This document shows positions 1 through 9,382 of a stretch of 64,000 nt of DNA, piece after piece. How positions within the stretch are numbered: the first letter of the stretch is position 1; each line of letters starts with the position of its first letter. The notes beneath the pieces are model-generated. The model ran no database searches. It was not told the DNA's origin and worked only from the letters and a program-made list of their open reading frames with translations. The DNA comes from Candidatus Melainabacteria bacterium 17Bon1m (lineage in GTDB: Bacteria > Cyanobacteriota > Vampirovibrionia > Obscuribacterales > Obscuribacteraceae). Where the stretch lies: positions 608,001 to 672,000 of the forward strand of contig JAVLKG010000001.1 of assembly GCA_032128875.1 (NCBI GenBank). The letters run 5' to 3'. A program made the position numbers and the translations under genes.

Positions 1-741
1 ATTTATGCAGCAAAAAACTCTAGCGGAGAACAAATTATCGTAAAAGAGGCTGTGATTCCGAAGAATTCTCCCGATGCACTGAAGGCAAAGGCGATAGAAC
101 TGTTCAATAGAGAAGCGTTGCTTTTGAGCAAGTTGGATCATCCTCACATTGCAAAGGTTTTCGATCACTTTGTTGAGAATGAGCACCACTATGAGATTCT
201 CGAGTACATCGACGGTTTGGACCTCCGGCGTTTTGTTAAAGAACGAGGACCACAACCTGAAGATTTCGTTCTCAACTGGGCAGAACAGATTTGCGAAATT
301 CTTGATTATTTGCACTCGCAGCAGCCTCCCGTTATTCACCGAGATTTGACGCCGGACAACCTTGTCTTGCGTGTAGATGGTCAGCTCGTGCTGATTGACT
401 TTGGTGCGGCAAATGCTTTCGTTGGCACCGCGACTGGCACTATGGTCGGCAAACAGTCGTACATGCCGCCAGAACAATTGCGCGGGAAATCTGTTCCGCA
501 AAGCGACATCTATTCGCTTGGAGGTACGTGCTATTTCCTTTTGACAGGCAAGGATCCTACGCCGCTTGAAGCGTCGCAAATAAGCGAAGCCTCCGGCTTG
601 CCGATGAGTTTGAATCCACTGCTAGCGCGATGTACCGCTGGAGAAGTGGAAGCCAGATATGCGAGTTCTCGCGAACTTTTACAGGACATACGCCGCATTC
701 GCCAGCAGCGAATTATTGCGGCTGCGGCAGCAGAGTCTTAG
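1..741 (+). CDS. Hanks-type Ser/Thr protein kinase, 5'-truncated by the window edge
   Basis: Frame is open from base 1 (IYAAKNSSGEQIIVKEAV). Motifs IIVKE, HRDLTPDN, DFG, YMPPE and SDIYSLG are present. Confidence 0.93.
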   Translation: MYAAKNSSGEQIIVKEAVIPKNSPDALKAKAIELFNREALLLSKLDHPHIAKVFDHFVENEHHYEILEYIDGLDLRRFVKERGPQPEDFVLNWAEQICEILDYLHSQQPPVIHRDLTPDNLVLRVDGQLVLIDFGAANAFVGTATGTMVGKQSYMPPEQLRGKSVPQSDIYSLGGTCYFLLTGKDPTPLEASQISEASGLPMSLNPLLARCTAGEVEARYASSRELLQDIRRIRQQRIIAAAAAES

Positions 742-786
742 GTATTTAAGAAGTCTGAGGAGTCTAAGAAATCTAGGGAATCCAGA
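733..786. repeat. Degenerate 9-bp tandem repeat, about 6 units
   Basis: gagtcttag/gtatttaag/aagtctgag/gagtctaag/aaatctagg/gaatccaga. Confidence 0.45.
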
Positions 787-812
787 TTCGGTCTATACGG
801 TAGGAGTGAAGC

Positions 813-2684
813 ATGTACACATTTTCAGAAGCTGAATACAAATGGTGTCCTCAATGCGCTGGAAATATAAGACTCGAAGCAGCGTATTGCCGCTTTTGCC
901 ATAAGCCGATCGAGAATCGACTGTTGAAGACTGTTTCTCTCCCCCCATTTGTCACTGTCCGAAGTATTCGTGAGTGGCTTCCGAATTTCGCCGAGTTGAA
1001 AACAAAGCTGCCGGTCGAGTTTCTCAACAGACTTGAAACCGCTGCCGCTGCAGCTCCCAAACAAATTGGTGAATCAATTGAAGATATGCGCAGAAAGCCG
1101 GGCGGTGAAAACATATGTCCACACGAACCGCCGGAAGCAAACGTGGTCGCAATTTTGACGGATCTATTTTTGGCATTATATGCCCACGGTGAATCGATAA
1201 ATCAGTACTGCGATTATCCGCAAATGAAAGTGTTAGAAATTACTCCACAGGAAATAGCTGCTGAACTCGAGCTTCGCAACGCAGAATACGAGAAGGGACA
1301 TCGATGCAGTTATTGCCGGGAATTTATTTTGGAAAACAACGAAGAGTGTCGATTCTGCGAGGGAGCCGATGGCAAAATTCCCGTGGCGGTTGAAAACACC
1401 TGGGAAAAACCTGTCAATCCTCACCTCTTGAAGGATGTTCTTGTCTATGAGGCTGCCTGGCGAAAGATTCATGATGAAGATGCCGTACCGACGGAAATAC
1501 TTGCGTCTAACTCCTGCAGCGAAAAGGAAATTGAGCAGGAGATTTTGCGACAGCGCAATGGAAGTAGCGAGTTGCCGATGACCCGCTTCACCAGGCGCAT
1601 GATTGATTTAGGTCTCGCGACGTATTTCAGTTATGAACAGCTCTCGATGATGGCACTTTCTGAATTAGGAAGCGCACTCGACAGCAAGAAAGTTGATCGT
1701 TCGGATGAAGCTCTGATTGTTTATGAGCATGCGCTTCGCAGAACAGAGGGTAACGACGAATTGATGAGTCAGCGTGCTTCGATACTAACGAATCTTTCGA
1801 CATTCTACTCTCAAAAAAAAGACGATTCCAAATCCAAGCTTTATAGATCAATGGCGCACGAATGCAGCAAATTTGGAATGAACGACGAAATGAAAGCGAT
1901 GATGGATAAATCGAACGAGAGTTTGGAAAATATGTTCAAAGGAGACAGTCTCTTTGACATGGATCCGGAAAAACGGCTGGCCGCGCTGGAGAAAGATGCC
2001 GGAGCCGGCTTTGGTGGTCTGGGCGATATGGCAGGAAAAATCGAAGCGCTTATTCCTGGTATGGGTGATTTCTTTGCCTCTCTAACTGAGGGCATACAGG
2101 GCACGGTCAACTTGTCGCGCCTTATGCTTCAGGCTCAGGTCGCTGAAAAGAACGGTAACTTGCAGGAAGCCGAAAGTAAATATAATCAGGCTTTGCCTCT
2201 AGCCGACCAAGACCGCATAACAGGAACGACTTCGAAAATAGCCATCATGAATTCGTTGGCCGAGATAAAGAAGAAGTCGGGTGACATGCCTGCTGCGGAA
2301 AAGTTGTTGAACGAGGCGATGGAATATTCGAAGGAATACGCCGAAGCACATCCATCTCTCGGAAAGACTGCCCTGCTTCAAACGCTGGCAAATCACGCTT
2401 CCTATCTGAGGGACGTAGGGAAGTACGAAGAGTCTGAGTTGGAATTCCAACAAGCTTTAAAGGTCCATGAGGAGGTTTCTAGCGCCTTCATTAAAGAGTA
2501 TGGGGGTGACCCGGCCGATTACGCTTCTCAGGAAGCAGAAATCAAAGAGAAATATCTTCTGCTTTTAAAAGCGCAGAAGCGCGACCAGGATGCGAACAGG
2601 GTGGAAGCTGAAGTCGCACAACTGCGAAAAACCGCGGAAGCCAGAGAGGCAGAGCGAAAAGAGCGTCGAGACGGTAAAAAATAA
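813..2684 (+). CDS. TPR protein with two N-terminal zinc-ribbon modules
   Basis: CPQC-x10-CRFC and CSYC-x10-CRFC, followed by TPR-like helices (AESKYNQAL, AEKLLNEAM, SELEFQQAL). RBS ggag. Confidence 0.75.
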   Translation: MYTFSEAEYKWCPQCAGNIRLEAAYCRFCHKPIENRLLKTVSLPPFVTVRSIREWLPNFAELKTKLPVEFLNRLETAAAAAPKQIGESIEDMRRKPGGENICPHEPPEANVVAILTDLFLALYAHGESINQYCDYPQMKVLEITPQEIAAELELRNAEYEKGHRCSYCREFILENNEECRFCEGADGKIPVAVENTWEKPVNPHLLKDVLVYEAAWRKIHDEDAVPTEILASNSCSEKEIEQEILRQRNGSSELPMTRFTRRMIDLGLATYFSYEQLSMMALSELGSALDSKKVDRSDEALIVYEHALRRTEGNDELMSQRASILTNLSTFYSQKKDDSKSKLYRSMAHECSKFGMNDEMKAMMDKSNESLENMFKGDSLFDMDPEKRLAALEKDAGAGFGGLGDMAGKIEALIPGMGDFFASLTEGIQGTVNLSRLMLQAQVAEKNGNLQEAESKYNQALPLADQDRITGTTSKIAIMNSLAEIKKKSGDMPAAEKLLNEAMEYSKEYAEAHPSLGKTALLQTLANHASYLRDVGKYEESELEFQQALKVHEEVSSAFIKEYGGDPADYASQEAEIKEKYLLLLKAQKRDQDANRVEAEVAQLRKTAEAREAERKERRDGKK

Positions 2685-2827
2685 AGAAATTTTGTTGTTT
2701 GGACAACATTTCCATTTCGTTGGTTAAAACAAAAGTATGACCCGTGAATTTCACCAGCGGATTGGCGCTCGCACGCCTTTCTTGATGGCGGCTTTTGGTT
2801 GCGTTTAAGACGTATGAGGAAACAGAT

Positions 2828-4792
2828 ATGAGTAAAACGGTTGGTATTGATTTGGGCACGACAAACTCTGTTGTCGCCGTGATGGAGGGCGGCCAGCCTA
2901 CCGTTATCGCTAACGCGGAAGGCTCACGCACTACACCCTCGGTTGTAGCGTTCACTAAGACGGGCGAGAGATTGGTCGGGCAGCTCGCAAGGCGCCAGGC
3001 CGTCGTTAATCCGCAGAACACTATCTATTCCATTAAACGCTTCATTGGACGTCGATTCGACGAGGTAGAAGCGGAAAGAGCTATCGTCTCGTACAGGCTG
3101 AAGCCTGGCGCTGAAAACAGCAGCAAAGTCGTAGTCCAAGACAAGGAATACACGCCGGAAGAAATCTCCGCAATGGTGCTCCGCAAATTGAAGGAAGATG
3201 CTGAAAAATACCTTGGCGAAAAGGTCACTGGCGCGGTCATCACCGTACCGGCATATTTTAATGACTCGCAGCGCCAATCGACGAAAAACGCAGGAGCAAT
3301 CGCAGGTCTGGACGTTCTGAGAATCATCAACGAACCGACGGCCGCCGCTCTTGCATACGGCATCGACAAGAAGAATAACGAGACGGTTCTCGTTTTTGAC
3401 CTTGGTGGCGGAACATTTGACGTGTCGATTCTGGAAGTCGGCGACGGCGTTTTCGAAGTGAAATCGACATCGGGTGATACTCACCTTGGTGGCGACGACT
3501 TCGACCACGCGATTGTTGATTGGGCTGCCAGTGAGTTCCAAAAGCTTGAAGGTGTAGACCTACGTAAAGACAAACAAGCTCTCCAACGTTTGATTGAAGC
3601 TTCGGAAAAGGCAAAAATCGAGTTATCTTCCGTTTCGGAAACTACCATTTCCCTTCCGTTTGTCACCGCAAACGAAACTGGACCTAAGCACCTCGATATG
3701 CGAATCTCTAAGGCTAAGTTCAACGAGTTGACCCGTAGTTTGGTAGAACGTTGCCGTAAGCCAGTTGAGCAAGCGATTCAAGACGCTGGACTCAAGGCTT
3801 CCGATATTGACGAAGTCGTTTTGGTTGGTGGTTCTACCCGTATACCTGCGGTTCAAGAACTGGTGAAAACAATCACCGGTAAAGAACCAAATCAAGGCGT
3901 AAATCCGGACGAAGTAGTAGCAATTGGTGCAGCTATTCAATCCGGAGTACTCGCCGGCGAAGTCAAAGATGTTGTGCTTCTCGATGTAACCCCGCTTTCG
4001 CTGGGCATCGAAACCATGGGCGGAGTATTCACCAAGCTTGTCGAGCGCAACACCACAATCCCGACTCACAAGTCGCAAACATTCTCCACCGCTGACGATA
4101 ATCAGCCGGGAGTCGATGTTTACGTCTACCAGGGCGAGCGTCCGATGGCACGCGACAATAAAATGTTGGGCAACTTCCGTCTCGACGGAATCGCGCCAGC
4201 ACCACGTGGTTTGCCAAAGATCGAAGTGTCATTCGATATCGATGCCAATGGTATCGTGAGCGTCAAAGCGCGCGACGAAGCCACCAATAAAGAGCAGAAG
4301 ATCACCATCACCGCCAGCACTAATTTGAGCAAGGCTGACGTAGAACGGCTCATTAAGGAAGCTTCCGAGCACGCAGATGAAGATCGCGAACTCAGAGAAG
4401 CCGCCGACGTTCGAAACGAAGCAGACCAAATGTGCTACATGGTCGAGCGTCAGTTGAACGAACTTGGTGCTGCCGTCAATGAGCAAAACAAAGCGAAGGC
4501 AAAATTGCTCGTGGACGAACTGCGTAAGAAAGTTGAGGAGAAAGCCACCACCGCTGCCCTCAAATCTACGATGGATGAGTTGCGTGGAGCGCTTGTTATT
4601 CTGCAGCAAGATGCTGCCTCTGCTCAGGCTGCAGCCGCTCAATCTTCTGCTAACGCTGGAGGACAAAGCGCCGGGTTCGGTGGTTCGCAACACTTCGGAA
4701 ACGGAGGCTCAAACGGTAACTCTAACGGAAACGCTAAGGGAAGCTCACACAACGACGATGACATCGTAGATGTCGAAGTCAGCGCCGCATAG
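2828..4792 (+). CDS. dnaK: Chaperone DnaK (Hsp70)
   Basis: [31 protein letters not shown] and [12 protein letters not shown] at 2828 follows a gagga RBS. Confidence 0.98.
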   Translation: MSKTVGIDLGTTNSVVAVMEGGQPTVIANAEGSRTTPSVVAFTKTGERLVGQLARRQAVVNPQNTIYSIKRFIGRRFDEVEAERAIVSYRLKPGAENSSKVVVQDKEYTPEEISAMVLRKLKEDAEKYLGEKVTGAVITVPAYFNDSQRQSTKNAGAIAGLDVLRIINEPTAAALAYGIDKKNNETVLVFDLGGGTFDVSILEVGDGVFEVKSTSGDTHLGGDDFDHAIVDWAASEFQKLEGVDLRKDKQALQRLIEASEKAKIELSSVSETTISLPFVTANETGPKHLDMRISKAKFNELTRSLVERCRKPVEQAIQDAGLKASDIDEVVLVGGSTRIPAVQELVKTITGKEPNQGVNPDEVVAIGAAIQSGVLAGEVKDVVLLDVTPLSLGIETMGGVFTKLVERNTTIPTHKSQTFSTADDNQPGVDVYVYQGERPMARDNKMLGNFRLDGIAPAPRGLPKIEVSFDIDANGIVSVKARDEATNKEQKITITASTNLSKADVERLIKEASEHADEDRELREAADVRNEADQMCYMVERQLNELGAAVNEQNKAKAKLLVDELRKKVEEKATTAALKSTMDELRGALVILQQDAASAQAAAAQSSANAGGQSAGFGGSQHFGNGGSNGNSNGNAKGSSHNDDDIVDVEVSAA

Positions 4793-4821
4793 AAAGACCT
4801 GAATCTCCTTTGTGACGCAAC

Positions 4822-4853
4822 AAAAAACGCCTCTAGTCTCTAGGGGCGTTTTT
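4822..4853. terminator. Bidirectional intrinsic terminator between convergent genes
   Basis: aaaaaacgcctctag-tct-ctaggggcgttttt hairpin flanked by A and T tracts. Confidence 0.85.
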
Positions 4854-4871
4854 CTTCATCCGCCGAACTCT

Positions 4872-5441
4872 TCAAACTCTTAACGACCCACGAAAACCCC
4901 TGACCGCATAGTATGACGATGCGCCGTTGTGATAGAGAAAGACAGTGTCATAGCGTCGATCGCAATAGAGGGCACCGCCGAGTTTTCTGATTGAAGCCGG
5001 TGTTTGCACCCAGCTTGAAGTCTTTAAATCAAACTTTCCAAGCTTTTGCAGTTCGCGATATTCATCTTCGGTCAGTATTTCTATACCCATCGCAGCAGCC
5101 ATGTCCATGGCGTTACCTGCAGGTTTGTGCTCTTTTCTAGAATCAAGCGCTTCTTTGTCAAAACATATGCTTCTGCGCTCTTTAGGTGTTTCAGCAGAGC
5201 AATCGTAAAAGATGACTTCGCCGGTCTTCTTATCGAGTCCAACTACATCGGGTTCGCCGCCGGTTCTTTCCATCTCGCTTAGCGACCAGAGTTTATCGGT
5301 TTTGCTTTCCAACCGGCTCTGCACCTTGTCCCATTCAATACCTTTGTGGCGTCCGGCATTTTTCTCAAAACGCGCTTTTAGCGTTTTGAACAATTCCTTT
5401 TGCTGTTCTGACGAAACTTTTTTACTGGTCGCTGTTTTCAT
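4872..5441 (-). CDS. DUF4256 family protein
   Basis: Recognised motifs MERTGGEPDVV, FYDCSAETP, KTSSWVQTP and YYAVRGFRGSLRV. Confidence 0.88.
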   Translation of the reverse strand: MKTATSKKVSSEQQKELFKTLKARFEKNAGRHKGIEWDKVQSRLESKTDKLWSLSEMERTGGEPDVVGLDKKTGEVIFYDCSAETPKERRSICFDKEALDSRKEHKPAGNAMDMAAAMGIEILTEDEYRELQKLGKFDLKTSSWVQTPASIRKLGGALYCDRRYDTVFLYHNGASSYYAVRGFRGSLRV

Positions 5442-5529
5442 GTCGCATCCTAAGGAAACTATGTGGACTGCAAACTGCTCTGTCGTCCGGAACTAAAAGA
5501 ACTCTCGCTGAGCAGCGAAAATGATAACT

Positions 5530-6282
5530 TTACTTCCGAAGTTCTTCAAGTTTTTGCTTGGCTGAGGTCCACATTGTATGCAGATCAACGCCGGCAGCGA
5601 CCAAAGTAAATCCGGCATCTATGTAGCCTTTGGCTTGTTCGGGAAGTAGAGCAAAAATACCCGCCGCAACTTTGTGTTTTTTGCAAGCCGCCAGAACGGT
5701 CTTTATCGCATTCTGAACTTCAGGATCACCCACCTTTCCGAGTTTTCCAAAGCTTCCAGACAAATCGTATGGTCCTATGATGATGCCATCGACGCCATCT
5801 ACGGAGATAATTTGTTCTATGTTTTTCACCGCGTCTTGATCTTCTATTTGCACTACAACACAAGTCAGGTCATTGGCATTTTCGTGGTGCGTCGCGTTTA
5901 GTCCATATGTGTGGGCACGTCCTGCGCCAAAGCTACGTTCTCCGAACGGCGGATACTTAGCCGATTTCACCGCCCGCAAGGCATCCTCTTTGTTGCTGAC
6001 ATGAGGCACGATTATGCCATCGGCTCCAATGTCGAGCACTCGTTTGATCCATTCGTCGGCATTTGTTGGAACGCGCACAAGACCGGCGCAGTCAGGTTGT
6101 TTTGCTGACAATATAGCTTGAACCTGTTCAAGTGAAAGTGGCGAATGCTCAAGATCAATCCAAAGCCAGTCGTAACCCAGATTCGACAAGCACTCAGTCA
6201 CCGCAGGTGGTGACAACGAGACGATGGTTCCGATTTGCGCTTTTCCGGATTTGATTTTTTCTCTGAACTTCGCGAATTTCAC
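5530..6282 (-). CDS. HpcH/HpaI class II aldolase (GarL/RhmA-like)
   Basis: WIDLEHSP, VRVP, VQIE and IGPYDLS motifs. Confidence 0.92.
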   Translation of the reverse strand: MKFAKFREKIKSGKAQIGTIVSLSPPAVTECLSNLGYDWLWIDLEHSPLSLEQVQAILSAKQPDCAGLVRVPTNADEWIKRVLDIGADGIIVPHVSNKEDALRAVKSAKYPPFGERSFGAGRAHTYGLNATHHENANDLTCVVVQIEDQDAVKNIEQIISVDGVDGIIIGPYDLSGSFGKLGKVGDPEVQNAIKTVLAACKKHKVAAGIFALLPEQAKGYIDAGFTLVAAGVDLHTMWTSAKQKLEELRK

Positions 6283-6335
6283 TGCTTGTGCTCCAGGTTA
6301 GCTTGGGGAGGTTTGAGGTTTTACATTCTTCATTG

Positions 6336-7727
6336 CTATTGTTCAAAAAGCAGGTTGACCTCTATCGTATCGTTTGGAGAGTTCGGGACCAATGGATAAG
6401 GCTCTGCCCTCATGCATGCATTCACGACTGAATTGTCAAAAGTTTTATCCTTGCCTGAATCAACTATTACGAGGTGGGCTATTCGTCCATTATTTCGGAT
6501 GCCTAACACTACCTCGGTTTTGCCATGTCCTTCGGCTTTCCACGCAGCATGTGCTTTCTGGCTCACAGAAACAATCCACGGTTCTAGATTTGGGTCAATA
6601 GTCTCGGGTGAGGCCTTCTTATCCTTTGCCAGATCCCGCATCATTTCTTCAGGAGAAGGTTCCTCCAACGGTTGAAGCCAATCTGATTGGCGGGCATCAG
6701 GTTCTATGAATGGCACCACAGTACCATCAGATCGGAAGCTCAGAGCTACAGGAATTTTCACTACTGATTTGTTCTTTCGAAGTTTTTCTGGTGCAGGCGG
6801 AAGTGGTAAAGCGGAAAGAAAAACGTTTAACGCTTGTTCGTCAAACTCTTCGTTGGAAGAAGGTTGGAATATTCGGTAGTTGAAGATGTTGCCACTTGAA
6901 TCGACGAGACAACTGATGCAGCACTCTAGGGCCGGTCTGTTAGCAGTTTTAAGACTTTGTCTAGGTATTTTTGCAACGATTGCTCTTGTGAACAAATCAT
7001 AGTCTTCATTAGATAAAATCACCCGACTGAACGGACCAGCTAACTCGTCTTTTGGCTTGCTCGCGACTTTTAGAATCGTCTCCGGTGGCTTGAAGTCGTA
7101 CAACTTTCGAATGGTTTTAACATCTCTTTCTGATAGCGTTTGCTGCTGAGAAAGATAGGGAAACATTACATCGTGCGGATCCAGGCTGTGATTCACGAGA
7201 CCGAGTGCGTGACCAATTTCATGCAAACATATGGCACGCAAGAGTTCGTCTGTCAGCGGTGCGATCTGGTTTGTCGTTCTGATGAAAATATCGGCAGAAT
7301 TCATATGATGTGGGCTTGTCTGATAGTTGGTTACTCCGGCAACGGATGGTTTCAGTTTTGGCAAGTCCGCAACAAACTCGCATGTGATATCTGCCGGTGG
7401 TTCTTTCACGAACTGAAATTTGATCTTGGAGTTTGAATTCTCGCTCCATGTCTGAAAGGCTTCTCGCAAAATCTGGTCGAACTTTGGCTTGAATTTGGGA
7501 ACGCCCGCCCCGGGTTTAACCAAGACTCGAATTGCCATGTCTGTGTCGAACCATCTGAAGGGATGACCCTTCGTTACTTGTTGAAAATAGTCCTCTTTGG
7601 GTGCTTCGAATGTTCGTGTTTTGGGTGAAGGAGATACTGCTTGTGCGAAGCCAGGACGCTCAAAAGTGAGTTGTGCTGATAGCGCAACAACCATTGCTGT
7701 AAAGATAATTTTTTGAGGACTGGTCAT
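6336..7727 (-). CDS. Exported matrixin-like zinc metalloprotease with two C-terminal TonB_C/TolA-like domains
   Basis: Signal peptide; HEIGHALGLVNH plus Met-turn (DVMFP); two TonB_C-like repeats (SSNEEFDEQAL...PLPPAP and SGKDKTFDNSV...AEPYPLVP). Confidence 0.8.
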   Translation of the reverse strand: MTSPQKIIFTAMVVALSAQLTFERPGFAQAVSPSPKTRTFEAPKEDYFQQVTKGHPFRWFDTDMAIRVLVKPGAGVPKFKPKFDQILREAFQTWSENSNSKIKFQFVKEPPADITCEFVADLPKLKPSVAGVTNYQTSPHHMNSADIFIRTTNQIAPLTDELLRAICLHEIGHALGLVNHSLDPHDVMFPYLSQQQTLSERDVKTIRKLYDFKPPETILKVASKPKDELAGPFSRVILSNEDYDLFTRAIVAKIPRQSLKTANRPALECCISCLVDSSGNIFNYRIFQPSSNEEFDEQALNVFLSALPLPPAPEKLRKNKSVVKIPVALSFRSDGTVVPFIEPDARQSDWLQPLEEPSPEEMMRDLAKDKKASPETIDPNLEPWIVSVSQKAHAAWKAEGHGKTEVVLGIRNNGRIAHLVIVDSGKDKTFDNSVVNACMRAEPYPLVPNSPNDTIEVNLLFEQ

Positions 7728-7839
7728 AACGACCTAGATCATAAATGTAAATTTCCGAAATCTTGATGGCACTTTGACAACAAAACCCCGGTCAACCCCT
7801 AAACACGTCATGAAATCACAACATTAAGGAGATAGTTTA

Positions 7840-8154
7840 ATGTTCAAGTCATTAACATCAATGCTCTCGCTGGTTGCTGTTTTGGGGCTTTTGGCTGCAC
7901 CTTCCTTTGCGAAGGATTCAGCTGAAATTCAAGCAGAGGCTGACAAAAAGGCCGCTGAAGCCGCGGCAGTAGGTGCTGAGGCGTCCGCTGAGTCAACCGA
8001 GTCGGCTGTTGCCCAAGTCAAGGGTAAAGAAGGTCGTGCGGCAAAACACGCCAAAGAGGCAGCAAGGCAGTCGAGAAAAGCTGACAAAATCCAGGAAGAT
8101 GCTGACGACTTGCAGCGCAAGGCTGACAAGAAATTGCGCAAGGAACTTAAATAG
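7840..8154 (+). CDS. Small exported Ala/Lys/Glu-rich helical protein
   Basis: RBS aaggaga, signal peptide ending SFA, coiled-coil-like composition. Confidence 0.7.
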   Translation: MFKSLTSMLSLVAVLGLLAAPSFAKDSAEIQAEADKKAAEAAAVGAEASAESTESAVAQVKGKEGRAAKHAKEAARQSRKADKIQEDADDLQRKADKKLRKELK

Positions 8155-8235
8155 TCAGGAGCGAATCATTCAGCCCTTCCGAAAAGACACTGTGAGTTTC
8201 AAACTTACAGGTTGACCGCTTTGGTGTGAGTGCCT

Positions 8236-9204
8236 TCATTTCTTCAGCGAACTCGGTTCGGAGGCAGAAGGCACTTTGCCGTGCGAACTTGCGCTATCGA
8301 GCATTGTATTTAAGCACTTTTTGAAAAACGTGATATCGCTGTCGCTAATACCGCGCGCCGCGTAGTTGAGAACTTTTCGTGCAATTGGAGGGATTATCTC
8401 GATGAGATCGTCGCCTTGTTCTGTAAGCCAAACTCTAAAGCATCGTTTGTCTTTTTCGTCTTGCTCTCTGCGAATTAGTCCGTTTTCTTCCATGCGCTCA
8501 AGCACGCCGGTAAGTGAGCCGCCGACTTGCTCCAGGTAAGTACCTATTTCTGACACCGGAATACCGTCGTCTTGCCATAGTTTGAAAAGAACCAATGTAT
8601 GACTGGCACTGAGTTTATATTCTTCGAGTGTGTCGTTGAACCTGCGAGTGAGCATTAGCTGCAGAAGTTTTAAGCGATAGCCGGTGGAGCGTGGCGGCAA
8701 AATGAGTTGGTATTTCGGAGCCACGCTTACTGCGGCTTCCGGCAAGCATACCGAGTACTCCGGCTCGCAGTTATGAATCATGCGTTCTAGAATGTCGGCG
8801 AATTTTTTCAAATCAGATTCTGAAATGTTTTGCCACGCCTGGTGCCATATGCGGTGCACAATTGGAGGCAAGACTTTGCTGAGCGCGAGACTTTCTTCCG
8901 TTAGATAAACCCGAAGAATTCTTCTGTCTTTGCGGTCGCGTCTGCGCTTTATGAGCTTGCGTTTTTCCATCCGCGACAGGAGGTCGGAAACTGTTCCTCC
9001 TATGTGCTGCAATTGGCTCGACAAGTACATGACGGGTAAGCCATCTTTTTGCCAGAGGCATGACAGTACAACCCAGTGACTGAGCGTGATGTCGTGTTCG
9101 CCAAGGGCTTCGTTTAGTCGTTTTGACATCAGGGCGGCAGTGCGACGCACGAGAAAACCGATTGTTTGACGCGCAAACATGTCGGCGTACTCGGTTCTAA
9201 TCAT
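8236..9204 (-). CDS. Tandem double-domain MarR family regulator
   Basis: Two homologous MarR domains (LWQKDG...RMEKRKLIKRRRDRKDRR and LWQDDG...RMEENGLIRREQDEKDKR). Start uncertain (9204 or 9180). Confidence 0.88.
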   Translation of the reverse strand: MIRTEYADMFARQTIGFLVRRTAALMSKRLNEALGEHDITLSHWVVLSCLWQKDGLPVMYLSSQLQHIGGTVSDLLSRMEKRKLIKRRRDRKDRRILRVYLTEESLALSKVLPPIVHRIWHQAWQNISESDLKKFADILERMIHNCEPEYSVCLPEAAVSVAPKYQLILPPRSTGYRLKLLQLMLTRRFNDTLEEYKLSASHTLVLFKLWQDDGIPVSEIGTYLEQVGGSLTGVLERMEENGLIRREQDEKDKRCFRVWLTEQGDDLIEIIPPIARKVLNYAARGISDSDITFFKKCLNTMLDSASSHGKVPSASEPSSLKK

Positions 9205-9316
9205 CTCGTGCTGCTTCACTTCGGTATTTTTGAAGACGATCACAAATCCATCACATTTTAGCAGTTTGTGAAGCCCCATAGATGCTGCAATATAGGCTGT
9301 TTTCAAGCGAAACATT

Positions 9317-9355
9317 AATTATGGTTGCTGCGAATAGTTCGTATCAACTATAATT
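9317..9355 (+). promoter_or_regulatory. Palindromic operator overlapping the putative sigma70 promoter of the RND operon
   Basis: AATTATGGTTGCTGCGAA-tag-TTCGTATCAACTATAATT (15/18 inverted match); TTGCTG (9325)-18 bp-TATAAT (9349). Confidence 0.7.
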
Positions 9356-9382
9356 GGAAAAAGCCGTCACCTTGGTCATTTC

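Noticed and set aside
2762-2788. Possible CIRCE upstream of dnaK (ttggcgctc...)
   Set aside because: Only a degenerate left arm; no GAGTGCTAA-like right arm after 9 bp.
2924-4693. Long antisense ORFs over dnaK (also over glnN, the RND gene and the LRR gene)
   Set aside because: Shadow ORFs caused by codon bias of well-supported genes on the opposite strand.
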